64,000 nt of DNA from Octopus bimaculoides (lineage: Eukaryota): positions 28,745,221 to 28,809,220 of the forward strand of contig NC_068992.1 in the NCBI RefSeq assembly GCF_001194135.2, written 5' to 3'. A program made the translations under genes and the position numbers. A model generated the notes under the pieces. It searched no databases, was not told the origin of the DNA, and worked only from the letters and a program-made list of their open reading frames with translations. Below are positions 13,704-25,700 of this stretch, piece by piece; position 1 is the first letter of the stretch; each line of letters starts with the position of its first letter.

Positions 13704-13749
13704 AACACAATGTTTCGGCTGATATACCCTCCAGTCTTCATCAGGTGCC
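13704..13749 (-). ncRNA. Minimal type I hammerhead ribozyme, partly decayed
   Basis: GGCAC-CTGATGA-A-GACTG..CAGCC-GAAA-CAT-T-GTGTT; one stem II mismatch; helix III ACGT mutated to ACAT. Confidence 0.7.
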
Positions 13750-13821
13750 TTGGGGAAATTTCGAACCTGGGTTCTCATTCCTAAGGTATTTTTCGATGTT
13801 GTCATTATTATTGTTATTATT

Positions 13822-13865
<44 letters not shown>

Positions 13866-13914
13866 CATCAAAAATTATCTTAGGAATGAGAACCCAGGTT
13901 CGAAATTTCCCCAA

Positions 13915-13960
13915 GACACTTCATGAAGGCTGGAGGGTATATCAGCTGAAATGTTGTGTT
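13915..13960 (+). ncRNA. Minimal hammerhead ribozyme, core mutated (likely inactive)
   Basis: GACAC-TTCATGA-A-GGCTG..CAGCT-GAAATGTT-GTGTT; CTGATGA changed to TTCATGA, plus CpG decay. Confidence 0.6.
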
Positions 13961-14045
13961 AACAACAAAGAAGATGAGGACAACTATCTATCAAATGTAA
14001 ATAATGAAAATAGTATAATAAATCACTGGACCATTTTTATGTTCT

Positions 14046-14398
14046 TTGCTGTGTGGTAAGAAGCTTGCTTCTCAACCTCAGAGCTCCAGGTTCAGTCCCA
14101 CAGCATGGCACCTTGAGCAAGTGTCTTCTACTATAGCCTCAGGCTGACCAAAGCCTTGTGAGTGGATTTGGTAGTTGGATACTGAAAGAAGACTGTAATA
14201 CGTGTGTGTGTGTGTGTGTATTTATCTCCCTGCCATTACTTGACAACAGATGGTGGTGTATTTATATCCCCATAACTTAGTGGTTTGGCAAAAGTGACTG
14301 AGAATAAGTCCTGGGGTTGATTTCTTCAACTAAAACCCTTAAAGGCAGTGCCCCAGCATGGCTACAGTCAAATGACTGAAACAGATAAAAGAATAAAA
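14046..14398 (+). mobile_element. SINE family A, near full-length
   Basis: Head, (TG)n and 3' part colinear with 4922-5363. Confidence 0.85.
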
Positions 14399-16119
14399 TT
14401 TCTTGAACTTTGATGCAGTATAATCCTACTTTTCTCAACTCATTTTAAGGACATCAACCATTGTGTTACAACAAGGCTGTATTGTAAGTATCAGCTGCCG
14501 TTCTTTAGCTCCAAGTAAAACTGAGATCCAGCAGATCAATTATGAAAGATGTGATAGCTGTAATCAACCTGTTTTTTAATTTTTTTTTTATTTTGGAATA
14601 CAATGTTCAATATGTCCTAGTAGTGAGTAATTTGAGAGAATTTGATTGCTAGCATGAGTAGGTTGACTGGCCCATGTATAAATTCTCGTTTGCAACCAGT
14701 GTTTTAATTATTGAAATAGCTTAAACATTAAAATCTGGTTTTGCTGAAAATTCTCCGCTGGGAGAGGGTACGCTGTCAGTTATGTCACAGCTGTAAATAA
14801 TAAATTACTCTGCTCAAACAGGTCAAAGGTATTCTCTATGAAGCATAACAAAAAGTGGCAAATGCTGGTAGTGGTGGTAGTGCAGGTGGTATGAAGCTAG
14901 CTGTTACAAACCGAACCACCACTGGTTCTAACTCTGCTTGAGATCATCAACAGAGGATGTGTGTGTGTATGTGTAAGTGGGAAGGTGAGAGAAAGAGAGA
15001 GAGAGTGCAAAGAGAAGGAAGAATGGAGTGTAATTGTGTGTGCATGTACATAGGCTTGCATATAGAAAGCAATAGAAGATTTGAGAAAAAGCTAACAATA
15101 GAAAAAGAGAAGGAAAGCATTATACATAGAGATTATGTGAGAACAGAAAGAGAGTGAAGATAGAGCGGGGAGGAAAGAGAGTGTGCTAGTGATAAAATGA
15201 AGGTAGAGTCATAAGTATAGAGAGTAAGTTTGTCATATGAGAGAATGCAAGAGAGAGGGGCATACAAGTAGACAAGGTGAACACTGTACCTCCACATAGT
15301 ACCTAATAAATGACAGGATCCAACCTAAGGCAGCATCAGTAAGGAGAAAATGTGACTGATTCAATTGGCATTATAGGGAGACCAGTAAACACAAGAGTTT
15401 CTTGGACAATGATGATAGATTGACAAACAGAATATTTAGCGCAAACAAACAGGCGCCAGGGAAAACATGGAACAGAATGCAGTTTATTATTTTCATAAAC
15501 TACTTCTCCCGAAAGACAATAGAAATAACGAGAAAAAAAAAGAAGATTACAATTATGGTGATGGCAGTGGTGGTGATGTCATTTATTTATTTAAGTAATA
15601 AATAATGGAAATATAAAATATTAATACGAGTATCTCACATGAAAATGTCTAGATTTGATTCTGCAGAACAACGGGTTGGAAATATGAATCCCCATCTGCA
15701 TTTAGAACCATACACATGCATCACATTCAGACACAGCAGAATACACAGCACATGCATAATACATATTTGTTGACAAACACAATGCATCTGACACATGCAC
15801 ACATGCACACAGAGCGAAATCTGTTGATAAGTTGGTGATAGCAGAGAGGTATGTTGGAAAAAAAGAGGAAAAACCTATGCATTGATACAGGAAGATATGC
15901 ATAAGCAAATTTGCACATGCGTGCACAGATGCATATGCACATACTGAAACACCTATGTAGTTTACTAACTGAATTAAAAATATGAGAGAAAGATGCACAT
16001 TTATAAATGCACATATTCAAGTGAATTTTTTTCGATATGTATCCACCTGTGCATATGCATATCTATATGTGAATATGTTCACATATACAACTGTATATCC
16101 ATGCACACATGCATTATAT

Positions 16120-16187
<68 letters not shown>

Positions 16188-17049
16188 ATATGTACATACT
16201 TATCTGTGTGTGTGTATGCATGCACACACACAAATCAATGCAAATTGATTATTATCATCATTATTGATTTGTCTCTTGTTGTTTCAGCTGTTGTTGTCGG
16301 TGGTGCTGTTGTTGTTGTTGTTTCTGTTGTTGCAGCTATCAATAATTAGATTTTCATTACGTAAAGTTACAAGCAGATAACATTACAAGTATATTATTGT
16401 GTGAAGTTTGAATCAGACAATGTATATAGATTGGATCTGTTCAAATTCTCCTCTTATAACCTTCAAGTTACCATCCACGCCTCAGCCATCCACATTGTCG
16501 TTATTATTAATACCACAGGTTCCATTGTCATATCTATTGTTAACATGGAATCAGCTGAGATTGGAGAAAAAAAAAAAAAAATTGAAGTATGTATAGTTTG
16601 CATTGGGGGAGGGGATGAGGAGAAGGGGGAACGGGAATTTATAAATTTATAGCAGAACATTTCTTGAAAACTTCTAGAAATCCACTGACGTCCTCTAACC
16701 TTACCAACAAGAGCTGTTCTCCCCTCCACTGCCACACATACACATTACACTGAGAGATCGAACTACTTCAATAGCATAAGAGACTATGGTTGATCAAAAT
16801 GCCAGTAAGAGCTTTGTTTCACGTCTCATATGAAGTGTATATGCATCTGCAAAAAATAGTTATATATATATATATATCATCATTCATGTCTACTTTTCCA
16901 TGTTTGTATGGGATGGATATAATATACATACATACATATAAATGTGTATGTGTGTGTGTGTCTGTACATATATGTATACGTATGTGCATAATATATATTT
17001 ATATGTATGTATTTATGCATGTATGTATGTCTATATATATTTTTCTTTT

Positions 17050-17227
17050 ATTCTTTTTCATTTACTTGTTTCAGTCATTTGACTGTGGCCATGCTGGAGC
17101 ACCACCTTGAAGGGTTGATCCCAGGACTTATTTTTTTAAAGCCTAATACTTATTTTATCAGTCTCTTTTGCTGGACTGCTTGGTTACAGTGACATAAATA
17201 CACCAATTGTCAAGTGGTGATGAGGAA

Positions 17228-17272
<45 letters not shown>

Positions 17273-17283
17273 NNNNNNNNNNA

Positions 17284-17332
<49 letters not shown>

Positions 17333-17370
17333 ACTTCTTTCAGTTTCTGTCAGCCAAATCCACTTACAAA
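17050..17370 (-). mobile_element. SINE family A, 3' two-thirds
   Basis: TTTACTTGTTTCAGTCATTTGACTG... reverse complement of the family A 3' end, with (CA)n linker and a small gap. Confidence 0.8.
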
Positions 17371-17869
17371 GATACATATATCATCATCATTGTTTTAATG
17401 TCCACATTTCCATGCTTGCATGGGTTAGATGGAATTTGTTGAGGCAGATTTTCTATCATCAGGTGCACTTCCTGTTGCCAACCCACACTTGTATCCAAGT
17501 AAGGTTAATATTTCCCCATGATTAGACATGTTTTCAAAAATCAAGGACACTGCTTGTATGACTGTGACACTTGATTACAACCATCAAATGATGACATCAC
17601 ACACAGACAGTAACACGCATATGCACGTGAGCACATATATATATACACAACAGGCTTCTTTCAATTTCCATTTAATGAATTTATTCAAAAAGCTCTGGTC
17701 AGCCTGGGGCTATAGTAGAAGACACTTGCCCACAGTGCCATGAAGAAGGATTGAATCTGGAACCATGTTTTTAGGGAAGCAAACTTCTTACCACATGCAC
17801 ACATACCCATGTATATATATTTGAGCTATGGTCTTCCCAGATCTATACTGGGCATATTTCACATCTCAC

Positions 17870-18115
17870 AAATTCTTTCAAATGCTTGGAAGGCTTCCTA
17901 GAAGTATTTGGTAGTAAGAATGAGGTGGAAAATGTTCAGGGAGCTATTACTTCTGCTGGTATCAGAGCATTTCTCTCTCTCAGAGTGGAGAGCAGATTGT
18001 ATGATGCTTGCATATACAAAGTGCAAATCAGCATGGTTGAGAGATATGGGCCTTCAAGGTGAATGATTAGTGAAAGCTTAAAAGAAATGAAGTGAGCATG
18101 CTCTCCTGGATGTGT
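17870..18115 (+). pseudogene. RTE LINE post-RT fragment
   Basis: WKMFRELLLLL...LRVESRLYDACI...EIW...RNEVSMLSWMC; same family as 56420-56950. Confidence 0.65.
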
Positions 18116-18145
18116 ATCAGCTATAAATGGGAACCAAGTCATGGA

Positions 18146-18714
18146 CTCATCATCTAGCCATCCATCTTTTATGCTCACTATTTCTGGGAGATCCGTGGAG
18201 TGAAGAGTCCACAGGCACCTTCTCCATTGTCCTATCAGAAGCAACTGTCATTACACTTTCCATCTGGATTCCCATACACAACCAACTGAGAGATATTCAA
18301 CTAACTTGTTCTTGGTCTAACCCAAGGTCTCCTGCCAGTTGGGTTGGCTTGAAGAATCCATCTGGTGATTCTCTCCTGCGACCTTCTCATCACATGTCCA
18401 TAGTAGCAGAACTGTGACTTCTCAATGTGGTGAAGTAGTAGCTTGACCTGGAGAGACTCCTTAATCTCTGAGTTACACATCTTGTTGAATAACATAACTC
18501 CAGAGATCCTTTGGCAGAATCCATTTTGGCTACTTGTATTCATAATTGTATACTTTCAGTCATTATCCAATATAGGTGAGGGTAACCATGAAAACTGAAT
18601 TGAAGATATAAAGTTTGGCTTTACAACTGGCCTCTCCTCTTCTGAGGATCAAATGCTGGAGCTGGTGCATTACTGTGCCAGTACCTGCAATTCTAGCATC
18701 CAATTAAGCCTCCT
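18146..18714 (-). pseudogene. RTE (Expander/Rex3-like) 3' part
   Basis: LDARIAG..VMHQL..KAKLYIFNSVF..LTY..WIMTE..IQVAKM..QRISGV..YYGHVMRR..PTGRRPWVRPRTS, then a GATGGATGG tail. Confidence 0.8.
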
Positions 18715-18715
18715 A

Positions 18716-19320
18716 AGGCTTCTATCCTGGATGTAGTGCAACTGACCAGATATTCACTTTATGGCAGATCTTTGAGAAATCATGGGAATATTACCAAAAA
18801 GTCTGTTTGCTTTGTAGACCTTAAAAAGGGGTATGACTACGTGTTGCAGAACATGCTGTGGAGGGCTTTTGCAGGAATTTTGAATTAATGGGCAACTTCT
18901 GGTTGCTGTGAAGTCTCTATTCATACGCTCTGAAGTTTGTATTCAAGTAAATGGTGCAAGTCAAAAGCCTTTCTATGTGGGTGTTGTACTTCAAAAAGGG
19001 TGAGTGTTGTCACCTATCCTTTTCATAATTTTTATAAACTAAATTGACATGTGCAACCATTGTAGGAATGATTGGTGGGTATGAGATTGGTCAGAAGATG
19101 TTTGCAGATGAACTGGGGCTTCTTGGTTCATGAGAAAGGGATCTCCAGCATGTATTGAATGGGTTTGTTACTGAGTGCTGCAAGGCAGGGATGAGAATTA
19201 CTAAGACAGTGACACGAGTTCTCTCAAGAAGTTTTTCCCAGTGCCCTCTGTATGCTAGTGGAACATTATTGAGGCAGGCAGAGCAGTTTAAGTATCTCAG
19301 GGCCATATTCATGACTGAGA
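18716..19320 (+). pseudogene. RTE (Expander/Rex3-like) RT core, inverted relative to the 3' part
   Basis: GFYPGCSATDQIFTL..CFVDLKKGYD..LQKG*VLSPILF..MFADEL..FKYLRAIFMTE. Confidence 0.8.
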
Positions 19321-19399
19321 CACACTTTATAATTAGAATCATATTAAATTCATTCTAGAAGTAGGAAGAGAAATTCTATTCCTTCTCATGGTTTCAGTC

Positions 19400-19627
19400 A
19401 TTGCTGGAAGATCTTCCTAGGGACACAGTGAGGAATGCATGTGTCAAGTTCCAGAGCCATCTTGAGGCTGTGACAGAAGCTGAGGGTGGTTACTTTGAGT
19501 AAATTGTTATCTCCCTACCACAATCTAGTTGATATATTTTGGCTTAAAAAAAAATACTGATTTTTGAATGGGATATCGTGTCTTGCCTTTATGCAAAAAC
19601 TGTCAAATTTAGCCCAAAAGACCTTAC
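19400..19627 (+). mobile_element. Tc1/mariner 3' remnant (transposase C-terminus plus putative TIR)
   Basis: EDLPRDTVRNACVKFQSHLEAVTEAEGGYFE* fits the mariner/Tc1 C-terminal AC.SF..RL.AV..A.GG.FE pattern. Confidence 0.6.
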
Positions 19628-19659
19628 AGAATTCTAAACTATGTGGTTATGAAGTGAAC

Positions 19660-19985
19660 CATACATACATTGTCTTTGGACTATTGCCATGCTGGAGCAC
19701 TGCCTTGAAGCGTTTAGCTAAGCAAATCAACCCCAGTACTCATTTTAAAACCTGATACTTTAATGGTCTCTTTTGTTGAACCACTAAGTTACGGGGACAT
19801 AAACAAACCAACATTGATCATCAAGCAGTGGTGAGGGATAAACACAAACATACACGATATACTTCTTGCAGTTTCAGCCTACCAAATCTATACACAAGGA
19901 TTTGGACAGTCTAAGGCTGCAATAGAAGGCATCTTGCCAAGTTGTTGCACAATGAAGCTGAACCTAAGATCACAAGGTTGAAGAA
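19660..19985 (-). mobile_element. SINE family A, diverged
   Basis: Reverse-complement similarity to 4922-5363. Confidence 0.7.
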
Positions 19986-20765
19986 AAATAACATCTTAGA
20001 ACAAGGCTCTGTGTGATAGTTGTTCTGCACTGAATTACACTAAATCACTCTTGTTATCAAAAGTGCAGTGAACCAGTGATTAATCCATTAGAAACCTGGA
20101 ATCAATAATGTTAGTCTTCACTAATCACACTGTAACATAAAAAAAAAAGCAAAAAAAAGGTTCCAAATTTTAAACAAGCAACTCAGTGACTACTTTTGGA
20201 TGATAGGTTGTTTAGCTCTGAGTAAGCCCAGATAGCTATCATCAAATGTGGATACACTATGATCAACCTGCCTCCTTTTCAACTAGACATACTGGATCTC
20301 TGATTATATTATCCAATGTATGGTTATTTTTTAAGAGGTTACCCATTGATTTGAAAAGAAAAAAATTTGGTTACTATTTCTAGCAAACCAAGTGGCCATA
20401 TGGAGGCTCCTGTGCTGGCTTGTTTTAACAATTGAACGGTGAAAGAGCTATTTATTAACTACAAAAGGAGCAAACATCATAATCGCAACTTGCTAATATA
20501 AAGAAATCAATCTTCAAAGTCAACAAGGAAGCTGTTTATGTATTCACTCAGCCTGTTAAAAATCAGAAAATACCACCAAGTCTCTCTCATATCATACATA
20601 ACCTGTCATCATAAGAAAGAACAATTTGGACAATCTAGTCCTTTGGTATATCTGGCCTTGAGCTTAGCAGCAACAACAATCAAATCCCTCATAAACCACA
20701 CCCCAACTGTCTTAGAAATCGGATGATTCCTTGGAAAATAATAATATCATCTTAGATATATTTTG

Positions 20766-20981
20766 TTTAAACCTTTTAGAATTTAAACTGGCTATATCAA
20801 GCCAAAAATACTCTACCTATTATATGTTCAAACTGGCTAAACCCAGGCTATCTCACCTTCCCTATTGTAAAAATAAATAATCACATCATTGAAGCTACAA
20901 GATAATGCATCATTAATTTAAAAACAATGTGAATAAATAGGCCTTACGTTTGACAGAGTAATCTGAATGCTAAAGAGTTAA
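20766..20981. mobile_element. piggyBac-like MITE family 2, diverged
   Basis: Colinear with 33460-33680; ends GAATGCTAAAGAGTTAA. Confidence 0.7.
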
Positions 20982-21706
20982 CAGATAATATGGGATGGCC
21001 ATTGCTGAAAACACCTCTGATCACAAATGTGATTTGTAAGAGATTTGGTTGCTATTTTTAGCAGGTTGAGCAGTAAATGAAATGGGGTTGATCTCTACAC
21101 CAAGAATTTGTCATGATGCTGAAGGAAGAAATCAATAGCAATGTTCCAAAAGATAACGATTGATAAAAAAAAAAAGAGATAGAAGTGGGAAAGGGTGGAA
21201 AACAGGAATTTTCACAAGAGACATACAACAGATACAAAAATTTTTGAGAGGGTTGAGTGGAAAATGGATAAAAATAGAACCAGAGATAGATAGGAAAATA
21301 AAAACACAATACTGGGTTAACACAATATTTCTAAGTGTTCAATGCAATCAAGAAAAAAGGTAACATTTCCCAGGTAGTTTTTAATGTGATTTGATGAAAC
21401 TAAGGAACAGCTGTCGTAACTAGACTGTTATATTGCAACACCACTCTTACTGATAGCTAGGTGTACCTATGCACTTATCTGTTTCTCAATCTATCTGTCT
21501 ACCTACCTTCTTACATACATATTCATTCCTAGAACTAACTACATAAATGCATGCATACATAGCTCTAGATTATGAATATCAATCTATAATATACACACGT
21601 TTATATATACATCTCTATCTTATCTACCTACCTTATCTACCTACCTACTTATCCATTTATTGATATATCCCTTTATCTATCACACACACACACGTATGTG
21701 TATGTA

Positions 21707-21743
<37 letters not shown>

Positions 21744-21761
21744 CTTTATCTATATATATCT

Positions 21762-22065
21762 TCTTTTACTTGTTTGAGTTGTTAGACTGTCGTCGTGCTG
21801 GGGCACTGCTTTGAAGAATTTTTAGTCGAATGAATCAACCCTAGTACTTATTTTTTGTTAAACATGGTATTTATTATTGGTCTCTTTTGCCAAACTGCTA
21901 CGTTACAGAGATGTAAGCTCACCAACACTGGTTATCAAGCGATAGTGGGGGATAAACACACCCAGCCACACACAACAGACTTCTTTCAGTTTCCATCTAT
22001 CAAATCCACCCACAAGGTTTTTGATTGGCCTGAGGCTATAGTACAAGACTACAAGACACTTGCCT
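21762..22065 (-). mobile_element. SINE family A
   Basis: Reverse-complement similarity to 4922-5363. Confidence 0.75.
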
Positions 22066-22483
22066 AATATTAACATCATTTAATGTCTGCCTTCCATGCT
22101 GGCATGGGTTAGATGATTTGACTGAAACTGATAAGTTNNNNNNNNNNTATATATATACATATATATACATATATATATATATATATAAAATTCAAGAATC
22201 TAGAACTTTGTGTCAAAAACACAGAGGCACTTGTCAAAGTCAGGCAAGTACTTTGCTATGAAATTTAAGGGTCTACCCTTAAGACACTATTGTAACTTCA
22301 CAGCTAACACATGCACACACAACTATCTATGTCGCATAACACATATGTCCAGTTCTCCACCATTCCCACACAAATAAAGTATGTATATTCAAAGATATAT
22401 TTATGTATCTATGTATACAATTAATTACATGTATTTGTGTAGCAACACAAAAACTATATTTTACTAAACTTAAACCAATATAT

Positions 22484-22804
22484 TTCGTTTTTGGATTTGG
22501 TTTGCAAGATTCTTTATGTGAGTTCATGTGTTGAAGCATATTCTGTTGTGGCTGGGGAGAGTCATTCTCTTTTAGTGCCTTATAATTTAACACACTCACT
22601 GGTAAAATTTCCACTCATTTACTTATTTATTTTTCTAAAATTTTTGTTGCATCTTGCAAGCTTTTCAATAGTTGTTGACTCTGTCCATTATTGAAGCTGC
22701 GTTCTTCTAGTTTGTTTGTGCACATGTGTGTGGGTCAGTGTGTGCGTGTTTGTGATATGTATGTATGTGTACGTTTGTATGTATGTATTCTGTCTGCATA
22801 TTCA

Positions 22805-22839
<35 letters not shown>

Positions 22840-22890
22840 ACTTCTGTCTCCCCGTGTGAGCATGTCTGAGTGTGCTTGTGTGTGTGTGCA
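22484..22890 (-). repeat. Inverted PLE terminal arm (pLTR-like), about 57 nt longer than the right arm
   Basis: 22541-22890 is the reverse complement of about 24800-25199; 22484-22540 has no partner on the right. Confidence 0.85.
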
Positions 22891-22894
22891 TAGT

Positions 22895-24552
22895 ATAGTA
22901 TGGGTAGTGGATAGTATGGATGTGATTTCACTCTACCTATCTATAGACATAGATTTTACTGTGGAGAAATGCATTGAGTTAATCTGTGAGAGTGAAGTAG
23001 AGTTCCGTGAGGTCAACATGAGGGAACTGTGCCTCCTCGTTAGATTACGCTATGACAGTGACTATTTAGACAACCATGACCTCAGTAGATTCTGCCCCAC
23101 CAGGTCACAGTGGGAAAGACCACCCATCATCACCTCAACAATGAAGAAAAGCACTGCAGAATGCTAGTGTGGCTGGACCGTACCCACCCAAGACCCTGAG
23201 AAAAACAATCAGGTGAAAGAAATGATTACACATGCAGTAGGGGCCAGTGTAAGAACCACCTTGAAGAACTACATATTAAAATTTAACAAGCAATTATACA
23301 TGCAAGTTCAAGGTGCAGCCATTGGTGTTGGTGTAGCTGGAGATATGGCCAGCCACTTCATGACCTGATGGGACAGAAAACTTAAGCAATCCTTAGCAGA
23401 ACAGTCCACAACTCTTCTACTCTACAGTAGGTATGTAGATGACATTAATATCATAGTTAAGACCAACTATAATAACAGTAATGTAGAAACTGAGAAGAAC
23501 GTAATGGAGAGCGTCCAGATTGATGCTCTCCATTAGCAAGTAGCTAACTCCATCCACCAAAGTATCGAGGTAACTATAGATTACCCCTCTAGGCTCCCCA
23601 ATAATAGACTCCCCGTCCTTGATACTGAACTTTGGTTAGAGACTGTGAACAACAGAGTGCAGCTCCTCCACTGCTATTACATGAAACCCATAGCTCTGAA
23701 ATATGTTGTTCACAAGAACTCAGCTTTGTCACAAAACATGAAAATTAACACACTGATAGCAGACTCAGTTAGGATAATGAACAATGTGTCCCCATTATGC
23801 AAACCCTATGAAACGAAGAAACATGTACAGAACTTCATGCACCGCATGCAGTTCTCTGGATATAATCAGAAAGATAGGGTTCAAGTATACAGGGGTGCTA
23901 GAAAGAAGTTAGATAACATTATATATAATGATACCAGTGGTACCTGCCGTAGATATAGAAGTAAAGACTGGAATAGGATACAAAGAACTTGTGACAAAGC
24001 AAACAGGGTGAACACGTGGTATAAAACCAACTAATATCAAGGAGTGATGTTTGTAGAGGCCACAGCCCATGGAGAACCAGCCTGTAGATTTAGGAAAGCT
24101 CTGAAGAAGACCAAACTCAACATTAAGATTGTTGAAAAGCCAGGGAACTCTGTCAGATCACAACTATGTAGGACGTACCCCTTTGAGAATACCTTGTGCA
24201 CCAACGATAACTGCATGGTATGAAGGATTAGCCCTGGCATTAGTTGTAGAACTAGAAATGTAGTTTACAACATAAGATACATAGAAGGTGCTTGTAAAGA
24301 CATGAACATGACATACATAGGGGAGACATCTAGGAGTATTGTGGAATGACTAAATGAACATTTGAGACAATATGACGACAAAAAACAGTCCTCCATACTC
24401 TACCAACATGCCAAGGACCAATATAGAGGCAACCTAGGTCAACTTGACATCTGCATTTTATCTAAGCACCCAAAAGACCCAACACTTAGACAAATACAGG
24501 AGTACGTACTCATAAATGAAACTTCCCCAGTACTAAATAGTAAATATATGTA
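22895..24552 (+). pseudogene. PLE reverse transcriptase + C-terminal GIY-YIG endonuclease (disrupted)
   Basis: SMDVISLYLSID; FNKQLYMQVQGAAIG; YSRYVDDI (23432-23443); LPVLDTELW; Cys-rich linker; SCRTRNVVYNI..TYIGETSRS..EH..SSILYQH..E.VLINETSPVLN; several in-frame stops. Confidence 0.92.
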
Positions 24553-24799
24553 GTAGTTATCATATGTAGTAGATATCATACCCCCATACTACAGGTAGAG
24601 TAGAATAGTGGGCTGTTATGTAGATAGATGTATGTGAATGTGGGTGTGTGTATGTGTGTATATGTATATGCACATGTATGTAGGCATATGGATATGAATG
24701 GAAACAGATAGACGTACAGACAGATAGATACATAGGTTATATGACCAGACAAGCACACATACACAAATGAAGACTGAAACACATGACCATATATACACA

Positions 24800-25199
24800 C
24801 ACACTGCACTTCACACAAGGACACATATGGAGACACATGTCCACACATATGGAGATACACATCCATACATACAGACACAGTTGCAAAAAACCCATACACA
24901 CACACCCACAAACACATGAATATGCAGGCTGAATACATACAAACATACACACATACATTTACACATACACACGCACATACATGCATATGCAATGCATACA
25001 TACATACATGTGTATGCACACACATGCGCACAATCAAACTAAAAGAATGCAGCTTCAATAATGAACAGAGTCAACAACTATTGAAAAGGTTGTGAGACGC
25101 AACATAAATTTTAGAAAAATAAATAAGTAAATGAGTGGAAATTTTACCGGTGAGTTTGTTAAATTATAAAAAGAATGACTCTCCCCAGACACGACAGAA
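24800..25199 (+). repeat. Right PLE terminal arm (pLTR-like), with CA-rich low-complexity part
   Basis: Inverted copy of 22541-22890; left boundary approximate because of low complexity. Confidence 0.8.
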
Positions 25200-25700
25200 T
25201 AAACCAATATATCTATCTATAAATTATATTCAAGTGACCAAATAGTGGAAGATACACAGTTATAGAGATTATTTACAAACAACAGTTATTTACTCCATTG
25301 TGTACAGAAGGAAGGCAGATGGTCCAGACAATGGTTAACATTCTACAATAGAGCAGATTTTGTACAAGTTAGAGATCTTGCTAAAAACTGGCTGCACTGA
25401 TACAAACACACCAATTCCTCCCAGCTCTCAGAAGTTCTAGCATTTATATCTAAAAATATCTATCACTATGTACAGCCAGTGCAATGTGTGTGCATGCATG
25501 TGTGTGCATGCATGTGTGTTGTTGCTAATATATTCAATAGTCATAACATCAAAAATGTCTCTTGAGAAAAACACTTTTTGAAATTTGGTGTGAGTACCTT
25601 TACTTTTCTGACATACAAAACAGTATTGTTAACCAGAGGTCTATCATATAATTTTAATGATTTAAAAATGAAGAATATTAATATTAGAGTACATTTGTGG

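Larger units (their letters stand above)
13625..14016. mobile_element. Hammerhead-bearing asymmetric fold-back element (centre collapsed), putative non-autonomous PLE
   Basis: Inverted arms around (TTA)n(TAA)n; 12-bp TSD AATAAATCACTG at 13613-13624 and 14017-14028; same termini as 56966-57580. Confidence 0.85.
22484..25199 (+). mobile_element. Penelope-like retroelement, 5'-truncated, with inverted terminal arms
   Basis: RT + GIY-YIG remnant flanked by inverted repeats; 13-bp TSD TAAACCAATATAT at 22471-22483 and 25200-25212. Confidence 0.92.

Noticed and set aside
13587-14059. Recurrent peptide MRTQVRNFPK.PDE.WRVYQPK (also 56955-57170)
   Set aside because: Recurs because it is the translation of the hammerhead repeat; conservation is explained by RNA structure and copy identity, not shown to be coding.
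24764-24782. CAAATGAAGACTGAAAC as a hammerhead in the PLE arm
   Set aside because: Two core mismatches and no stem II or stem I pairing.
24576-25058. Cys/Val-, His/Thr- and Tyr/Ile-rich ORFs throughout the window
   Set aside because: Translations of (CA)n/(TA)n low-complexity DNA.
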